In this document: positions 36,324 to 45,429 of the stretch, piece by piece
Layout of the letters: each line of letters starts with the position of its first letter
Position numbering within the stretch: position 1 is the stretch's first letter
NCBI GenBank assembly: GCA_937875855.1
Contig: CALFHF010000203.1
Coordinates: 5,670-69,669, forward strand
DNA length: 64,000 bases
From: an uncultured Flavobacteriales bacterium
Lineage (GTDB): Bacteria > Bacteroidota > Bacteroidia > Flavobacteriales_D > JABDKJ01
Direction: 5' to 3'
Position numbers and translations under genes: made by a program
The notes under the pieces: model-generated
Told to the model about the DNA's origin: nothing
The model's database searches: none
Seen by the model: only the letters and a program-made list of their open reading frames with translations

Positions 36324-37157
36324 TTGTCAGAACGCATTAATCATAAGGTAGACGATACATTGAAAGGTTGGAAAACTCCTTTTAATGATAAAGAAGCCTC
36401 TTGGAAATCCATCAATCAGAAGTTAGATGCTCAGAAATCCGATTCAGGCCGTCTAGTGTCTATGTACAGCTTCCTTAAGGTGGCTGCAGCAGTGGTCTTA
36501 GGGCTTGGGCTCACTTGGTTCATGATGCCTGGTACTCCTGATTTTCAGGCTGCCACCAAAGCTGGCGAACAGACTGAACTCACCCTTCCTGATGGCTCTA
36601 CCGTCATCCTTAATGCCATGAGCCGCCTTTCCTATGATGCAGATGACTTTGCTGCTGATCGTGAATTGAACCTAGACGGAGAAGCCTTTTTCAAGGTTAT
36701 TAAAGGAAGCTCATTCTCGGTACATAGTAGCCAAGGAGATGTAACGGTTCTGGGTACTTCATTTAATGTGAACAGCAGAAATGAATTCTTTCATGTGACC
36801 TGCGAAACAGGGAAAGTGAAGGTTGACAGAGGTGGAGCCAATGTAGTCCTGACTCCTGGAAAAGAAGTGAGGTCTGCAGGGAAAAAATTGACAGGTATTA
36901 TAGAAAGTTCTTACAAGACAAGCTGGATGGATGGACGTTTCCTCTTCGCAGAACGTCCTACCTCTGAAGTCTTCGAGGAACTTGAACGACAATTCGGAAT
37001 AGAGATAGACAACAAGGTCGAAGCGGCCGGTCTATTCACAGGAGAGTTCGAACGAACTGACCTAGAAAGCGCATTAGAAGTGGTCTGCAATACCATGGGC
37101 TTGACCTATGAGTTGGATCCAGTGGGGATGACAGTCTTAGTACGCACCAATAATTAA
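36324..37157 (+). CDS. FecR-family anti-sigma / transmembrane sensor protein
   Basis: Short cytoplasmic N-terminus and one TM (VAAAVVLGLGLTWFMM). FecR domain LPDGSTVILNAMSRLSY...LDGEAFFKV...VLGTSFNV. C-terminal DUF4974-like VFEELERQFGIEI...FTGEF...LESALEVV. TTG start. Confidence 0.82.
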   Translation: MSERINHKVDDTLKGWKTPFNDKEASWKSINQKLDAQKSDSGRLVSMYSFLKVAAAVVLGLGLTWFMMPGTPDFQAATKAGEQTELTLPDGSTVILNAMSRLSYDADDFAADRELNLDGEAFFKVIKGSSFSVHSSQGDVTVLGTSFNVNSRNEFFHVTCETGKVKVDRGGANVVLTPGKEVRSAGKKLTGIIESSYKTSWMDGRFLFAERPTSEVFEELERQFGIEIDNKVEAAGLFTGEFERTDLESALEVVCNTMGLTYELDPVGMTVLVRTNN

Positions 37158-37162
37158 ATACT

Positions 37163-37321
37163 ATGGAGAATACTTTACAAGCTACTGAAGATTTTTTAAG
37201 CTGCTATGGAAATACCCCACTTTGGGATACCTACTACGCAAAAGCGCAGAACAAGAAGTTTAAGAACAAATGGGACAAAGTCAAAGATGGCTGGAGACCC
37301 CGAAAGCGAAATGCTGAGTGA
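37163..37321 (+). CDS. possible small basic protein (52 aa), unverified
   Basis: ATG 6 nt after the FecR stop. MENTLQATEDFLSCYGNTPLWDTYYAKAQNKKFKNKWDKVKDGWRPRKRNAE. Followed by hairpins. Below the ORF-track size cutoff, with no homology evidence. Confidence 0.25.
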   Translation: MENTLQATEDFLSCYGNTPLWDTYYAKAQNKKFKNKWDKVKDGWRPRKRNAE

Positions 37322-37363
37322 ACCTTGTCCTGAGACAAGTTCCAACGAATTTTTCATCTGTTA

Positions 37364-37390
37364 GTTGACGAATACGTCAACGTTTTGGTT
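37364..37390 (+). terminator. intrinsic terminator candidate
   Basis: GTTGACG-aata-CGTCAAC followed by gttttggtt. Confidence 0.5.
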
Positions 37391-37393
37391 AAC

Positions 37394-37430
37394 AAGAAAG
37401 TCCCATTGCTATTGGGGCTTTCTTGGTTTT
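37394..37430. terminator. hairpin at the convergent junction with mfd
   Basis: AAGAAAGTCCC-attgctatt-GGGGCTTTCTT followed by ggtttt. It begins 3 nt beyond the mfd stop on the other strand. Confidence 0.55.
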
Positions 37431-40400
37431 AAGCCACTTCTTCTAAGGTCAATCCTTTCACAGCCTTCACTGCTTCGTGGATGTCCCTCACGCTCTCGAA
37501 TACGATTCGTAATCGATCGTTTTTCTCATACATACGCAGCCCAGGCGTGCCTTGCTGCATGCTTCGAAGAATATACGTGAACTTGGCTGATTGATAAAAT
37601 GGATGTTCTTGATTCGCGATGAATTGTCCTATCATCTTTCCGCTCTTGATGGTCAGTTTCTCCAATCCTAAATCCTTTGCCAACCATCTCAATCTCAAGG
37701 AATCAAACAGCTCTGTAGTAGGCTTTGGTGGCGGCCCGAAGCGGTCTTTCAGGCGCACTATGAAATGCTGCAAGGCTTCTTCATCCTCCATAGCGTCTAG
37801 TTCTCTATACAGCTTTAGACGTTCAGTAGTTCCTGCCACGTATTCATCAGGAAGGAGAATCTCTAAGTCAGTCTCCATGATCACGTCATCGACCTCGTGT
37901 TTCTTACGTGCCAATTCCTCGGCAAAAAGCTCTTTGAAATCGGTTTCTTTCAATTCATCAATCGCCTCATTCAGGATTTTCTGATAGGTATCGAATCCTA
38001 TGTCGCTGATGAATCCGCTTTGCTCGGCTCCTAATAAATCCCCTGCTCCACGTATGTCCAAGTCCCGCATAGCGATGTTCATTCCGCTTCCCAGATCACT
38101 AAATTGCTCAATCGCCTCCAATCGTTTTCTAGACTCGGAACTCACCATGTGCATAGGCGGAGCGATAAGAATACAATGTGCTTTCTTATTTCCTCTTCCC
38201 ACTCGTCCTCTCAACTGATGTAGGTCGCTTAACCCGAAGTTCTGAGCACTGTTAATAATCATCGTATTCGCATTAGGGATGTCTATACCGCTCTCAATGA
38301 TGGTCGTGCTTACTAGGACATCAAATGCTCCGTCAATGAAGTCTAGCATAACTTCCTCCAGTTTCTTGCCGTCCATCTGTCCATGACCTATAGCCACTTT
38401 TGCCTCAGGAACGAGACGTGAAATCATGCCCGCCATCTCCTGTATGTTTTCGATGCGATTATGCACGAAGAAGACTTGTCCTCCCCTGCTTAATTCTGTT
38501 GCGATAGCATCTCTAATGATTTCCTCCTGAAAAGTCACCACACGCGTTTCTACTGGATAGCGGTTAGGAGGTGGTGTGCGTATGATAGATAGATCTCGCG
38601 CTCCCATTAGCGAGAATTGTAAGGTTCTTGGTATAGGTGTCGCTGTCAGGGTTAATGAATCAACGTTGGTTCTTAGCGTCTTCAATTTTTCCTTGGCCCC
38701 CACCCCGAATTTCTGTTCTTCATCGATAATCATGAGTCCAAGGTCTTTGAACTTCACCTTCTCACTCAATAATTTATGTGTGCCTATAACGATATCTACT
38801 TCTCCATTCTCAAGGGCCTTTAACACTGCCGTCTGTTGTTTCTGCGTCCTGAATCTATTGAGATATTCAATCTTAGCTGGGAAATCCCTAAGTCGTGCTG
38901 AGAAGGTCTGATAGTGCTGAAAACACAACACTGTGGTCGGCACTAATACCGCCACTTGCTTGCTATCAGACACGGCTTTAAAGGCTGCTCTTATCGCTAT
39001 CTCGGTCTTCCCGAATCCTACATCTCCGCAAACCAATCTATCCATAGGCATTTCCTTCTCCATGTCCGTTTTCACGTCTTGAGTCGCAGTCTCTTGATCC
39101 GGAGTGTCCTCATATATGAACGAGGCTTCAAGCTCAGTCTGCATATAGGTATCAGGAGTGTAAGAGAATCCTTTCGTGGCCTTGCGCTCAGCATAGAGCT
39201 TGATAAGATCAAAAGCTAGTTGCTTGACTTTGTTCTTGGCCTTGGCTTTCTGCTTAGCCCAAGTCGCACTTCCGAGTTTATGCAAAGTAGGCGCTGTACC
39301 TTCCTTACCAGTGAACTTGGATATCCTGTGCAAGGAATGAATGCTCACATAAAGGATGTCATTGTCCTTGTAAAGTATACGAATGGCTTCTTGAGTTTTT
39401 CCATTGACATCTACCTTCTCTAGTCCTGAGAATTTCCCTACTCCATGGTCTATATGGGTAATGAAATCTCCAGGCTGTAAATCCATCAATTCCTGCAGTG
39501 TCAAAGCTTCCTTTGTCCGCTTAAATCCTTCTTTCAGGCGAAATCGGTTATACCGCTCGAAGATCTGATGATCTGTATAAAGCACCAGCTTAGTATCGTG
39601 GTCAATGAATCCTTCTTTCAAGGCAATGACCACGGGCTTCATTTCCACCTCAGCACCTATGTCCTCGAAGATGTTGTATAGTCGCTCTATCTGCTTGGCA
39701 TTACCTGCAGTAATAACATTCAGATATCCTTCGTCATGATGCTTTTTTAGGTCTTCTTGAAGCAGGTCGAATTTCTTATTAAAGACCGGCTGAGGACTTT
39801 GAGATGCTTGGATAATGTGTGCCTTTTCTATGGGTTCCCCGGCAAGCGTCACCTTGCGGAAGGACTCGATTCTCTTCATGTAATCAGCCGCACTGTGAAA
39901 GAGCTTCTCAGGTGCTGCGTGATCAAGCGGAGACTTCAATTTCTTATACGCCTTCTGCACTTTCTCCATCACTTTGTCTATACCATCAAGGCTCTCGTTG
40001 ATGTCCTCAAACCAGATTATTCCTTGATCAGGAATGTGTTCCATGAAGGACTCACGCATCTCCACTATTTCAGAAGATCCCACATCAGGAAGGATGGTCA
40101 AGCGATCCATCTTCTTATCTGAAAGCTGCGTAACTGGGTCGAATTCACGGATGGATTCTACTTCCTCACCGAAGAGTTCGACACGATATGGACGCTCATT
40201 GACAAAAGAGAATATATCTACGATTCCTCCACGAATAGAGAATTGTCCCGGTTCGAAAACATAATCGACCTTTTCGAAATGCATATCTATGAGCTGGTCA
40301 TTCATCATGTCCATATCATAGGCCTCTCCTCGGCTTACGGTGATGGAATGCCTTGCGAATTCTGATCTGCTTACCACATGCTCTGAAAGGGCTTCGTGAA

Positions 40401-40770
40401 AGCTAACTAACACCAAGTTATCATGGTTCTTTAGAGCCTGCATAACTTCAGAACGCATGGCGACATTCGCATTATCTGTCCCTTCATCTGTATAGGGAAT
40501 CTTGAAAGAAGCGGGATAATACAACACAGGCATTTTTCCCTCTAAAATAGCTTCTAAGTCATTCTGTAGATAGGCTGCTTCTTCCCTATTACGTGAGATC
40601 ACCAAATGCACTCCTGCAGTCTTCGCGGCAGTGGCGGCAATCATATAGGAGCGTGAACTTCCTATGAATCCTTTCATGGAAACATGAGCGGCAGTTGCAT
40701 ATAAAGCATCAGTAAGCTGCTGCGTTAAGGCAGCCGCTTCATAGCGTTTCAGGATATCTACTTTCTTCAT
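37429..40770 (-). CDS. mfd: transcription-repair coupling factor
   Basis: 1113 aa. UvrB-homology N-terminus, an RNAP-interaction domain, and superfamily 2 helicase motifs (GDVGFGKTE, DEEQKFG, TATPIPRT, QLRGRVGR). Confidence 0.95.
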   Translation of the reverse strand: MKKVDILKRYEAAALTQQLTDALYATAAHVSMKGFIGSSRSYMIAATAAKTAGVHLVISRNREEAAYLQNDLEAILEGKMPVLYYPASFKIPYTDEGTDNANVAMRSEVMQALKNHDNLVLVSFHEALSEHVVSRSEFARHSITVSRGEAYDMDMMNDQLIDMHFEKVDYVFEPGQFSIRGGIVDIFSFVNERPYRVELFGEEVESIREFDPVTQLSDKKMDRLTILPDVGSSEIVEMRESFMEHIPDQGIIWFEDINESLDGIDKVMEKVQKAYKKLKSPLDHAAPEKLFHSAADYMKRIESFRKVTLAGEPIEKAHIIQASQSPQPVFNKKFDLLQEDLKKHHDEGYLNVITAGNAKQIERLYNIFEDIGAEVEMKPVVIALKEGFIDHDTKLVLYTDHQIFERYNRFRLKEGFKRTKEALTLQELMDLQPGDFITHIDHGVGKFSGLEKVDVNGKTQEAIRILYKDNDILYVSIHSLHRISKFTGKEGTAPTLHKLGSATWAKQKAKAKNKVKQLAFDLIKLYAERKATKGFSYTPDTYMQTELEASFIYEDTPDQETATQDVKTDMEKEMPMDRLVCGDVGFGKTEIAIRAAFKAVSDSKQVAVLVPTTVLCFQHYQTFSARLRDFPAKIEYLNRFRTQKQQTAVLKALENGEVDIVIGTHKLLSEKVKFKDLGLMIIDEEQKFGVGAKEKLKTLRTNVDSLTLTATPIPRTLQFSLMGARDLSIIRTPPPNRYPVETRVVTFQEEIIRDAIATELSRGGQVFFVHNRIENIQEMAGMISRLVPEAKVAIGHGQMDGKKLEEVMLDFIDGAFDVLVSTTIIESGIDIPNANTMIINSAQNFGLSDLHQLRGRVGRGNKKAHCILIAPPMHMVSSESRKRLEAIEQFSDLGSGMNIAMRDLDIRGAGDLLGAEQSGFISDIGFDTYQKILNEAIDELKETDFKELFAEELARKKHEVDDVIMETDLEILLPDEYVAGTTERLKLYRELDAMEDEEALQHFIVRLKDRFGPPPKPTTELFDSLRLRWLAKDLGLEKLTIKSGKMIGQFIANQEHPFYQSAKFTYILRSMQQGTPGLRMYEKNDRLRIVFESVRDIHEAVKAVKGLTLEEVA

Positions 40771-40773
40771 TGA

Positions 40774-41787
40774 TCAGGCATCCCCGTCATATAGGGCGAT
40801 GAACTCATGGACTTTCTCCACCATGTTTTTGCTGCCTATGAATAGAGGACAGCGCTCGTGCAATTCCGTAGGTTGAAGGTCCAATATCGCTTGACGTCCG
40901 TCAGTGGCCATTCCTCCAGCCTGTTCAGCGATGAAGGCCAAAGGATTATTCTCATACAGCAGCCTCAACTTTCCCTTAGGACTCATCCCTGATGCTGGAT
41001 AGAAATAGATTCCCCCTTTGATCAGGTTCCTATGAAAATCAGCGACCAATGATCCAATGTATCTGGCCGCATATGGTCTTCCCTCATCTTCTTCTTGGCA
41101 ATACTTGATGTACTTTTTCACACCATCAGAGAAGTAGCGATAGTTCCCCTCATTCACTGAATAAATACTGCCGTCAACAGGCATCTGCATGTTCGGATGG
41201 GAAAGACAGAAGGTCCCTATTGATGAGTCATATGTGAACCCATTCACGCCATTTCCCGTGGTGAACACCATCATGGTCGATGAACCATAGACCACATAGC
41301 CCGCTGCGACTTGCTCTCGTCCTTTTTGGAAGAAATCCTCAAGCACAGCCTTCGTTCCAACAGGGCTAACCCTGCGATAAATGGAAAAGATGGTCCCTAT
41401 AGAAACGTTCACATTGATGTTCGAAGAACCATCCAGGGGATCTATCAGAAGTACATATTTTCCATTATGCCCTTCTTCGGTGTCGAAAACAATGATGTCA
41501 TCATCTTCTTCTGAGGCCATTCCACATATTTCTTCTTGTGCCATCATGGAATTGATGAATTCCATGTTCGCGTAGTCATCCAGCTTCATTTGGGTCTCCC
41601 CTTGGATATTCGTCACTCCTGACGCACCGCGTATATCATCAACAAGGCCTGCCTTATTGACCTCACGAGAAACTATCTTCGATGCTAATCTCAAGGCTGA
41701 CAGCAAATTGCTCAACTCTCCCGTTGCGTAAGGAAAATCTTCTTGTTTTTTAACGATGAATTGCCCGAGGGTGACTACTTTTTTCAT
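40774..41787 (-). CDS. fbp: class 1 fructose-1,6-bisphosphatase
   Basis: From [12 protein letters not shown]: [19 protein letters not shown] and GKLRLLYE(N)NP motifs. The track start 41868 adds an implausible 27 aa extension. Confidence 0.9.
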   Translation of the reverse strand: MKKVVTLGQFIVKKQEDFPYATGELSNLLSALRLASKIVSREVNKAGLVDDIRGASGVTNIQGETQMKLDDYANMEFINSMMAQEEICGMASEEDDDIIVFDTEEGHNGKYVLLIDPLDGSSNINVNVSIGTIFSIYRRVSPVGTKAVLEDFFQKGREQVAAGYVVYGSSTMMVFTTGNGVNGFTYDSSIGTFCLSHPNMQMPVDGSIYSVNEGNYRYFSDGVKKYIKYCQEEDEGRPYAARYIGSLVADFHRNLIKGGIYFYPASGMSPKGKLRLLYENNPLAFIAEQAGGMATDGRQAILDLQPTELHERCPLFIGSKNMVEKVHEFIALYDGDA

Positions 41788-41918
41788 AAATGATAAGGCC
41801 TTCTTTTCGACAGGCCAAAGTAAGCTTTTTGAAGGGGATGAACAGGCCTTGGAATACCATAAGAGCAACGAACGCGTTCAATTAAGCACTACTTTCGCTG
41901 CAAAACACGACAGAACCC

Positions 41919-44351
41919 TTGGCAACTAAGAAGAAATCAAAGAAGACGGGCGGATCTAAAAAGTCATGGGTTCTCTATACTTGGCTGCTCGTTCTGAGTC
42001 CCCTTATTGGCCTTTTATTACTGACCGCTATCGCGGCTATGGGAGACCTTCCCAACTTTAAAACCTTGGAAACCCCAAAGAGCGAATTGGCTACAGAGAT
42101 CATCACCTCTGACCATGAAGTCTTAGGAAAATATTACCGCAAGAACCGGACGAATGTATCGTATGAAGACCTTTCTCCTTACCTCATCGAGGCGCTTATG
42201 GCCACAGAGGATGAGCGTTTCATGGAGCACTCTGGAATAGACTTAGCGTCTCTCGTCAGAGCCGTGGTGTACATGGGAAGCAAGGGTGGTGGAAGTACCT
42301 TGACTCAGCAATTGGCTAAGCAACTCATGCACGAGCCTGCTACTAGTATCTTCCAGCGTGTTCTTCAAAAAGCCCAAGAATGGGTGATTTCATTGAAACT
42401 AGAGAAGTCCTATACGAAGGAGGAAATCCTGACCATGTACCTGAATCAATATGATTTCTTAAATCAGGCGGTGGGTATTCAGAGTGCTTCCAAAATATAT
42501 TTTGACAAGAAACCTAAAGAGCTCAATATCCAAGAATCAGCTATGCTGGTGGGTATGCTTAAGAATTCAGCCTTGTACAATCCCCTGCGCAGAGCTGAGA
42601 TGGTACATGATAGAAGGAATGTGGTATTGGGACAAATGCTTCGCAATGACCTTATCGCTAAAGCCGCATTCGACAGTTTGAAAACTCTTCCTCTCGATTT
42701 ACATTATGTCAGAGAATCTCATGATGAAGGACTCGCACCTTATTTTAGAGAAATCTTACGCAGTGAAGTCACCACTCTTTTGAATTCCAAGGATGCTGAC
42801 GGAAAATACCTCTACGCCAATCCTGAGACAGGAACTCCCTATGACTTATACAGCGATGGATTAAAGATCTATACCACCATAGATTCTCGCCTGCAAGAAT
42901 ATGCTGAATATGGGGTAAGAACACATTTGCAAGATCAGCTTCAAGGGCAGTTCAATAGCTACGCTAAGAATCTCAGGAGTCCTCCTTTCTCTAACGATAT
43001 TGATACGGGTGAAATAGAGAAAATACTCACCTCGGCTAAGAAAAGAAGCCGCATGTATAAGGTGCTTAGAGGGGATCTCTGTAATAATTGTGAGCGTAGC
43101 AAGACTTTAGAAAAAGTACGTGTAGATGGAAAGATGGTGTTCGCTTGTACTAATGAAGAGTGTCTAAAGTCGCAACCCATTTATACAGAGACTCAAGTAG
43201 ATTCCATATTTGACACCCCCAAGGAAATGGAGGTTTTCTCTTGGAAAGGGCAACTGGATACGCTGATGTCTCCTATGGATTCTATACGCTATTACAAGCG
43301 ATTCCTTCAAGCAGGCATGATGTCCATGGACCCTAAAACAGGTTTCGTGAAAGCCTGGGTTGGCGGAATAGATTACAAGGAATTCAAATACGATCACGTA
43401 AAGCAAGGGAAACGCCAAGTGGGGTCTACCTTCAAGCCTATCATTTATGCAACCGCGATTCGCGAAGGGAATTCACCCTGCATGGAGATTCCTAAAGTGC
43501 CTACAACCTTCCAGAAGGGAACCTTCGGTTTGCAAAAAGATTGGACGCCTCAAGACTCAGATCATGACTACGGATTCATGGGAACTTTGCAATGGGGATT
43601 GGCTAACTCGGTGAATACGATTACCGCTCACATCATGAAACAATTCGGGCCTGACGCTGTAATTAAACTTGCTCGTGATATGGGCATAACCAGCGATTTA
43701 GCTCCTGTTCCATCTTTGTGCTTAGGAGTTGCTGACCTCTCGGTTTATGAGATTACTGCGGCCAATGCCGTTTTCGCAAATCAAGGTGTGTATATAGAAC
43801 CCATTATCATTACGCGTATAGAAGATAAGGCGGGAAATGCCATTTATAACGTGATGCCTAAGACCCGCGAAGCCTTGGATCCGCGAACCTCAGCCATTAT
43901 GCTTGAGATGATGAAAGGAACCATTGATGGTGCCTATAACCGCCATAAAGGACGCTCCTCTGGCACCGCGATGCGCTTACGCATGAATCTGGATTCTCGT
44001 GCCTATGACGGCTTCCCTAATGACATCCATATCGCCTGTAAAACTGGAACTACACAGAATCAGTCTGATGGTTGGTTCATAGGCATGACCCCCGATCTAG
44101 TGACAGGTGTATGGGTAGGCGCTGAGGATCGTTCAGTGCGATTCGCATCCTTGCAACTGGGAATGGGAACGAATATGGCTTTACCCATGTGGGGCTATTA
44201 CATGAAGAAGGCGTATGAGGATAAGACCTTGGAGATGAGTCATAAAGACTTTGAACATCCTGAAGGGCTTAATATCCGTAAAGAGCTAGACTGCACCGTA
44301 GATCATGATCACTCTCCGAATATCTTTGAGAGTGATGAGTTGTTTGATTAA
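41919..44351 (+). CDS. mrcA: bifunctional penicillin-binding protein 1A (glycosyltransferase 51 plus transpeptidase)
   Basis: TM anchor. GT51 motifs EDERFMEHSGID and GGSTLTQQ. Transpeptidase motifs STFKP and KTGTT. TTG start. Contains a four-Cys insert between the domains. Confidence 0.92.
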   Translation: MATKKKSKKTGGSKKSWVLYTWLLVLSPLIGLLLLTAIAAMGDLPNFKTLETPKSELATEIITSDHEVLGKYYRKNRTNVSYEDLSPYLIEALMATEDERFMEHSGIDLASLVRAVVYMGSKGGGSTLTQQLAKQLMHEPATSIFQRVLQKAQEWVISLKLEKSYTKEEILTMYLNQYDFLNQAVGIQSASKIYFDKKPKELNIQESAMLVGMLKNSALYNPLRRAEMVHDRRNVVLGQMLRNDLIAKAAFDSLKTLPLDLHYVRESHDEGLAPYFREILRSEVTTLLNSKDADGKYLYANPETGTPYDLYSDGLKIYTTIDSRLQEYAEYGVRTHLQDQLQGQFNSYAKNLRSPPFSNDIDTGEIEKILTSAKKRSRMYKVLRGDLCNNCERSKTLEKVRVDGKMVFACTNEECLKSQPIYTETQVDSIFDTPKEMEVFSWKGQLDTLMSPMDSIRYYKRFLQAGMMSMDPKTGFVKAWVGGIDYKEFKYDHVKQGKRQVGSTFKPIIYATAIREGNSPCMEIPKVPTTFQKGTFGLQKDWTPQDSDHDYGFMGTLQWGLANSVNTITAHIMKQFGPDAVIKLARDMGITSDLAPVPSLCLGVADLSVYEITAANAVFANQGVYIEPIIITRIEDKAGNAIYNVMPKTREALDPRTSAIMLEMMKGTIDGAYNRHKGRSSGTAMRLRMNLDSRAYDGFPNDIHIACKTGTTQNQSDGWFIGMTPDLVTGVWVGAEDRSVRFASLQLGMGTNMALPMWGYYMKKAYEDKTLEMSHKDFEHPEGLNIRKELDCTVDHDHSPNIFESDELFD

Positions 44352-44401
44352 AGGTACTGAATTCCCATGCGAGCAATCTCTTCTAACTAGAACCTGAAAT
44401 C

Positions 44402-44734
44402 CTACTTAGGCTTCAATGCCTTAGTAGAGGTTACGCTCATCTTCATGTATCTGACCAGCAGGTCTAGGTCATTAAAGACCGCAGCTGGTACCACAGCAAA
44501 TTCCTTCATGATGCGGCCGTGTTGATCCATGAGTTCAGTATGATGCTCTTTCAAGAAGGTGGCCAACTCACCTGGAGCCAATCTCAATCCCATAATCCCG
44601 TCCTTGTCTAGAAAGGAAGTCATGTGGCCATTGATACTTGTGTTGGGAACACTCTTTCCTTTGAGTTCTATGCCATCTACCTTGGCGATGGCCTTTCCGT
44701 AATGGTTCAATATATCAGGAAGAGGGTAAGACAT
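44402..44734 (-). CDS. hypothetical protein (pattern loosely reminiscent of a TfoX N-terminal-like fold)
   Basis: 110 aa, no signal peptide. The family guess rests on a weak pattern resemblance (…GIMGLRL…EFAVVPAAVFNDLDLL…) and is not reliable. Confidence 0.55.
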   Translation of the reverse strand: MSYPLPDILNHYGKAIAKVDGIELKGKSVPNTSINGHMTSFLDKDGIMGLRLAPGELATFLKEHHTELMDQHGRIMKEFAVVPAAVFNDLDLLVRYMKMSVTSTKALKPK

Positions 44735-44807
44735 GTATGCTGAGTTTGTCGAGCTAAGTTCTGAAAAACCAACTATTCTTCAAGAACATAAAAAATTAGA
44801 GCGGCTG

Positions 44808-45105
44808 TCATTTCCTTGTTTTCCAAATCTGCGGATCCCTATTGACATGAAAAATGGCAATTACCTTTACAACGTTCAATTCTATGAGATAGTGGATTCC
44901 GTAAGGAAAGCGTTCTGCGAAAACAACGTGTATCTTTTTTATACTTTACTTGAAATCCCTTTGGGTTTCGTGCAATACTATGAAGACAAGCTTCTATTGA
45001 CAATTCCAGTTCCAACCCAAGCCCCTTCCTTTGCATCCCATGCCAACAAAAGGCCTCAATCAAGTCAAATTCGGCTTCTTCAGAAAAATGGATGATTCGT
45101 TCCAA
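44808..45105 (-). pseudogene. ParE/RelE-family type II toxin, disrupted by a +1 frameshift in an A6 tract
   Basis: Frame 0 (TTG 45105) reads ERIIHFSEEAEFDLIEAF...NPKGFQVKYKK, then a nonsense tail. After the A6 run (plus-strand T6 at 44935-44940), the +1 frame reads IHVVFAERFPYGIHYLIELNVVKVIAIFHVNRDPQIWKTRK to TGA 44808, which is the canonical toxin C-terminus. Confidence 0.75.
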
Positions 45106-45312
45106 CTACGCATTGTTTTCAAGGCGAGCTTTAACTTCTTCCCATGTGCTGAATTTCATTTCACCACTGGAGTACTTCTCTAACCTCCTATCCAGTTCTT
45201 TCTTTTGCGTAGTAGTCAATTCTACTGATTTCTTGTCAATGCTGTCCCAAATCCTTTCAACTAAAAGAATCTTCTCAGCATTACTTAATTTTCCTAGTTC
45301 TATCCTACTCAT
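45106..45312 (-). CDS. addiction-module antitoxin (TIGR02574-like 'putative addiction module component')
   Basis: MSRIELGKLSNAEKILLVERIWDSI...LTTTQKKELDRRLEKY...STWEEVKARL. Its stop TAG is immediately followed by the toxin TTG. Confidence 0.75.
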   Translation of the reverse strand: MSRIELGKLSNAEKILLVERIWDSIDKKSVELTTTQKKELDRRLEKYSSGEMKFSTWEEVKARLENNA

Positions 45313-45317
45313 ATTCA

Positions 45318-45325
45318 CAAAAATA
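45318..45325 (-). promoter_or_regulatory. -7 box candidate (TAttTTTG, minus strand) for the TA operon
   Basis: Plus-strand caaaaata. It overlaps the track's GTG start and lies 5 nt from ATG 45312, which implies a leaderless or near-leaderless mRNA. Confidence 0.35.
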
Positions 45326-45429
45326 CGTCTCTTTTATACAGATTACAACGTACCACCCAATGCCTGCGTATGATGCAGATTTATATTAGAATAATAGCTC
45401 TACTCCAATAAAGCATTAGTGCTAGATCC

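Noticed and set aside
32635-37430. tRNA-adjacent genes, considered as a genomic island or integrative element
   Set aside because: No integrase, no transposase, no direct repeat of the tRNA 3' end, and no obvious compositional shift that I can see by eye.
44733-45373. Plus-strand ORFs 44733-45095 and 45092-45373
   Set aside because: They are mirror-strand ORFs of the toxin-antitoxin pair. The minus-strand products match known TA families and the plus-strand products match nothing.
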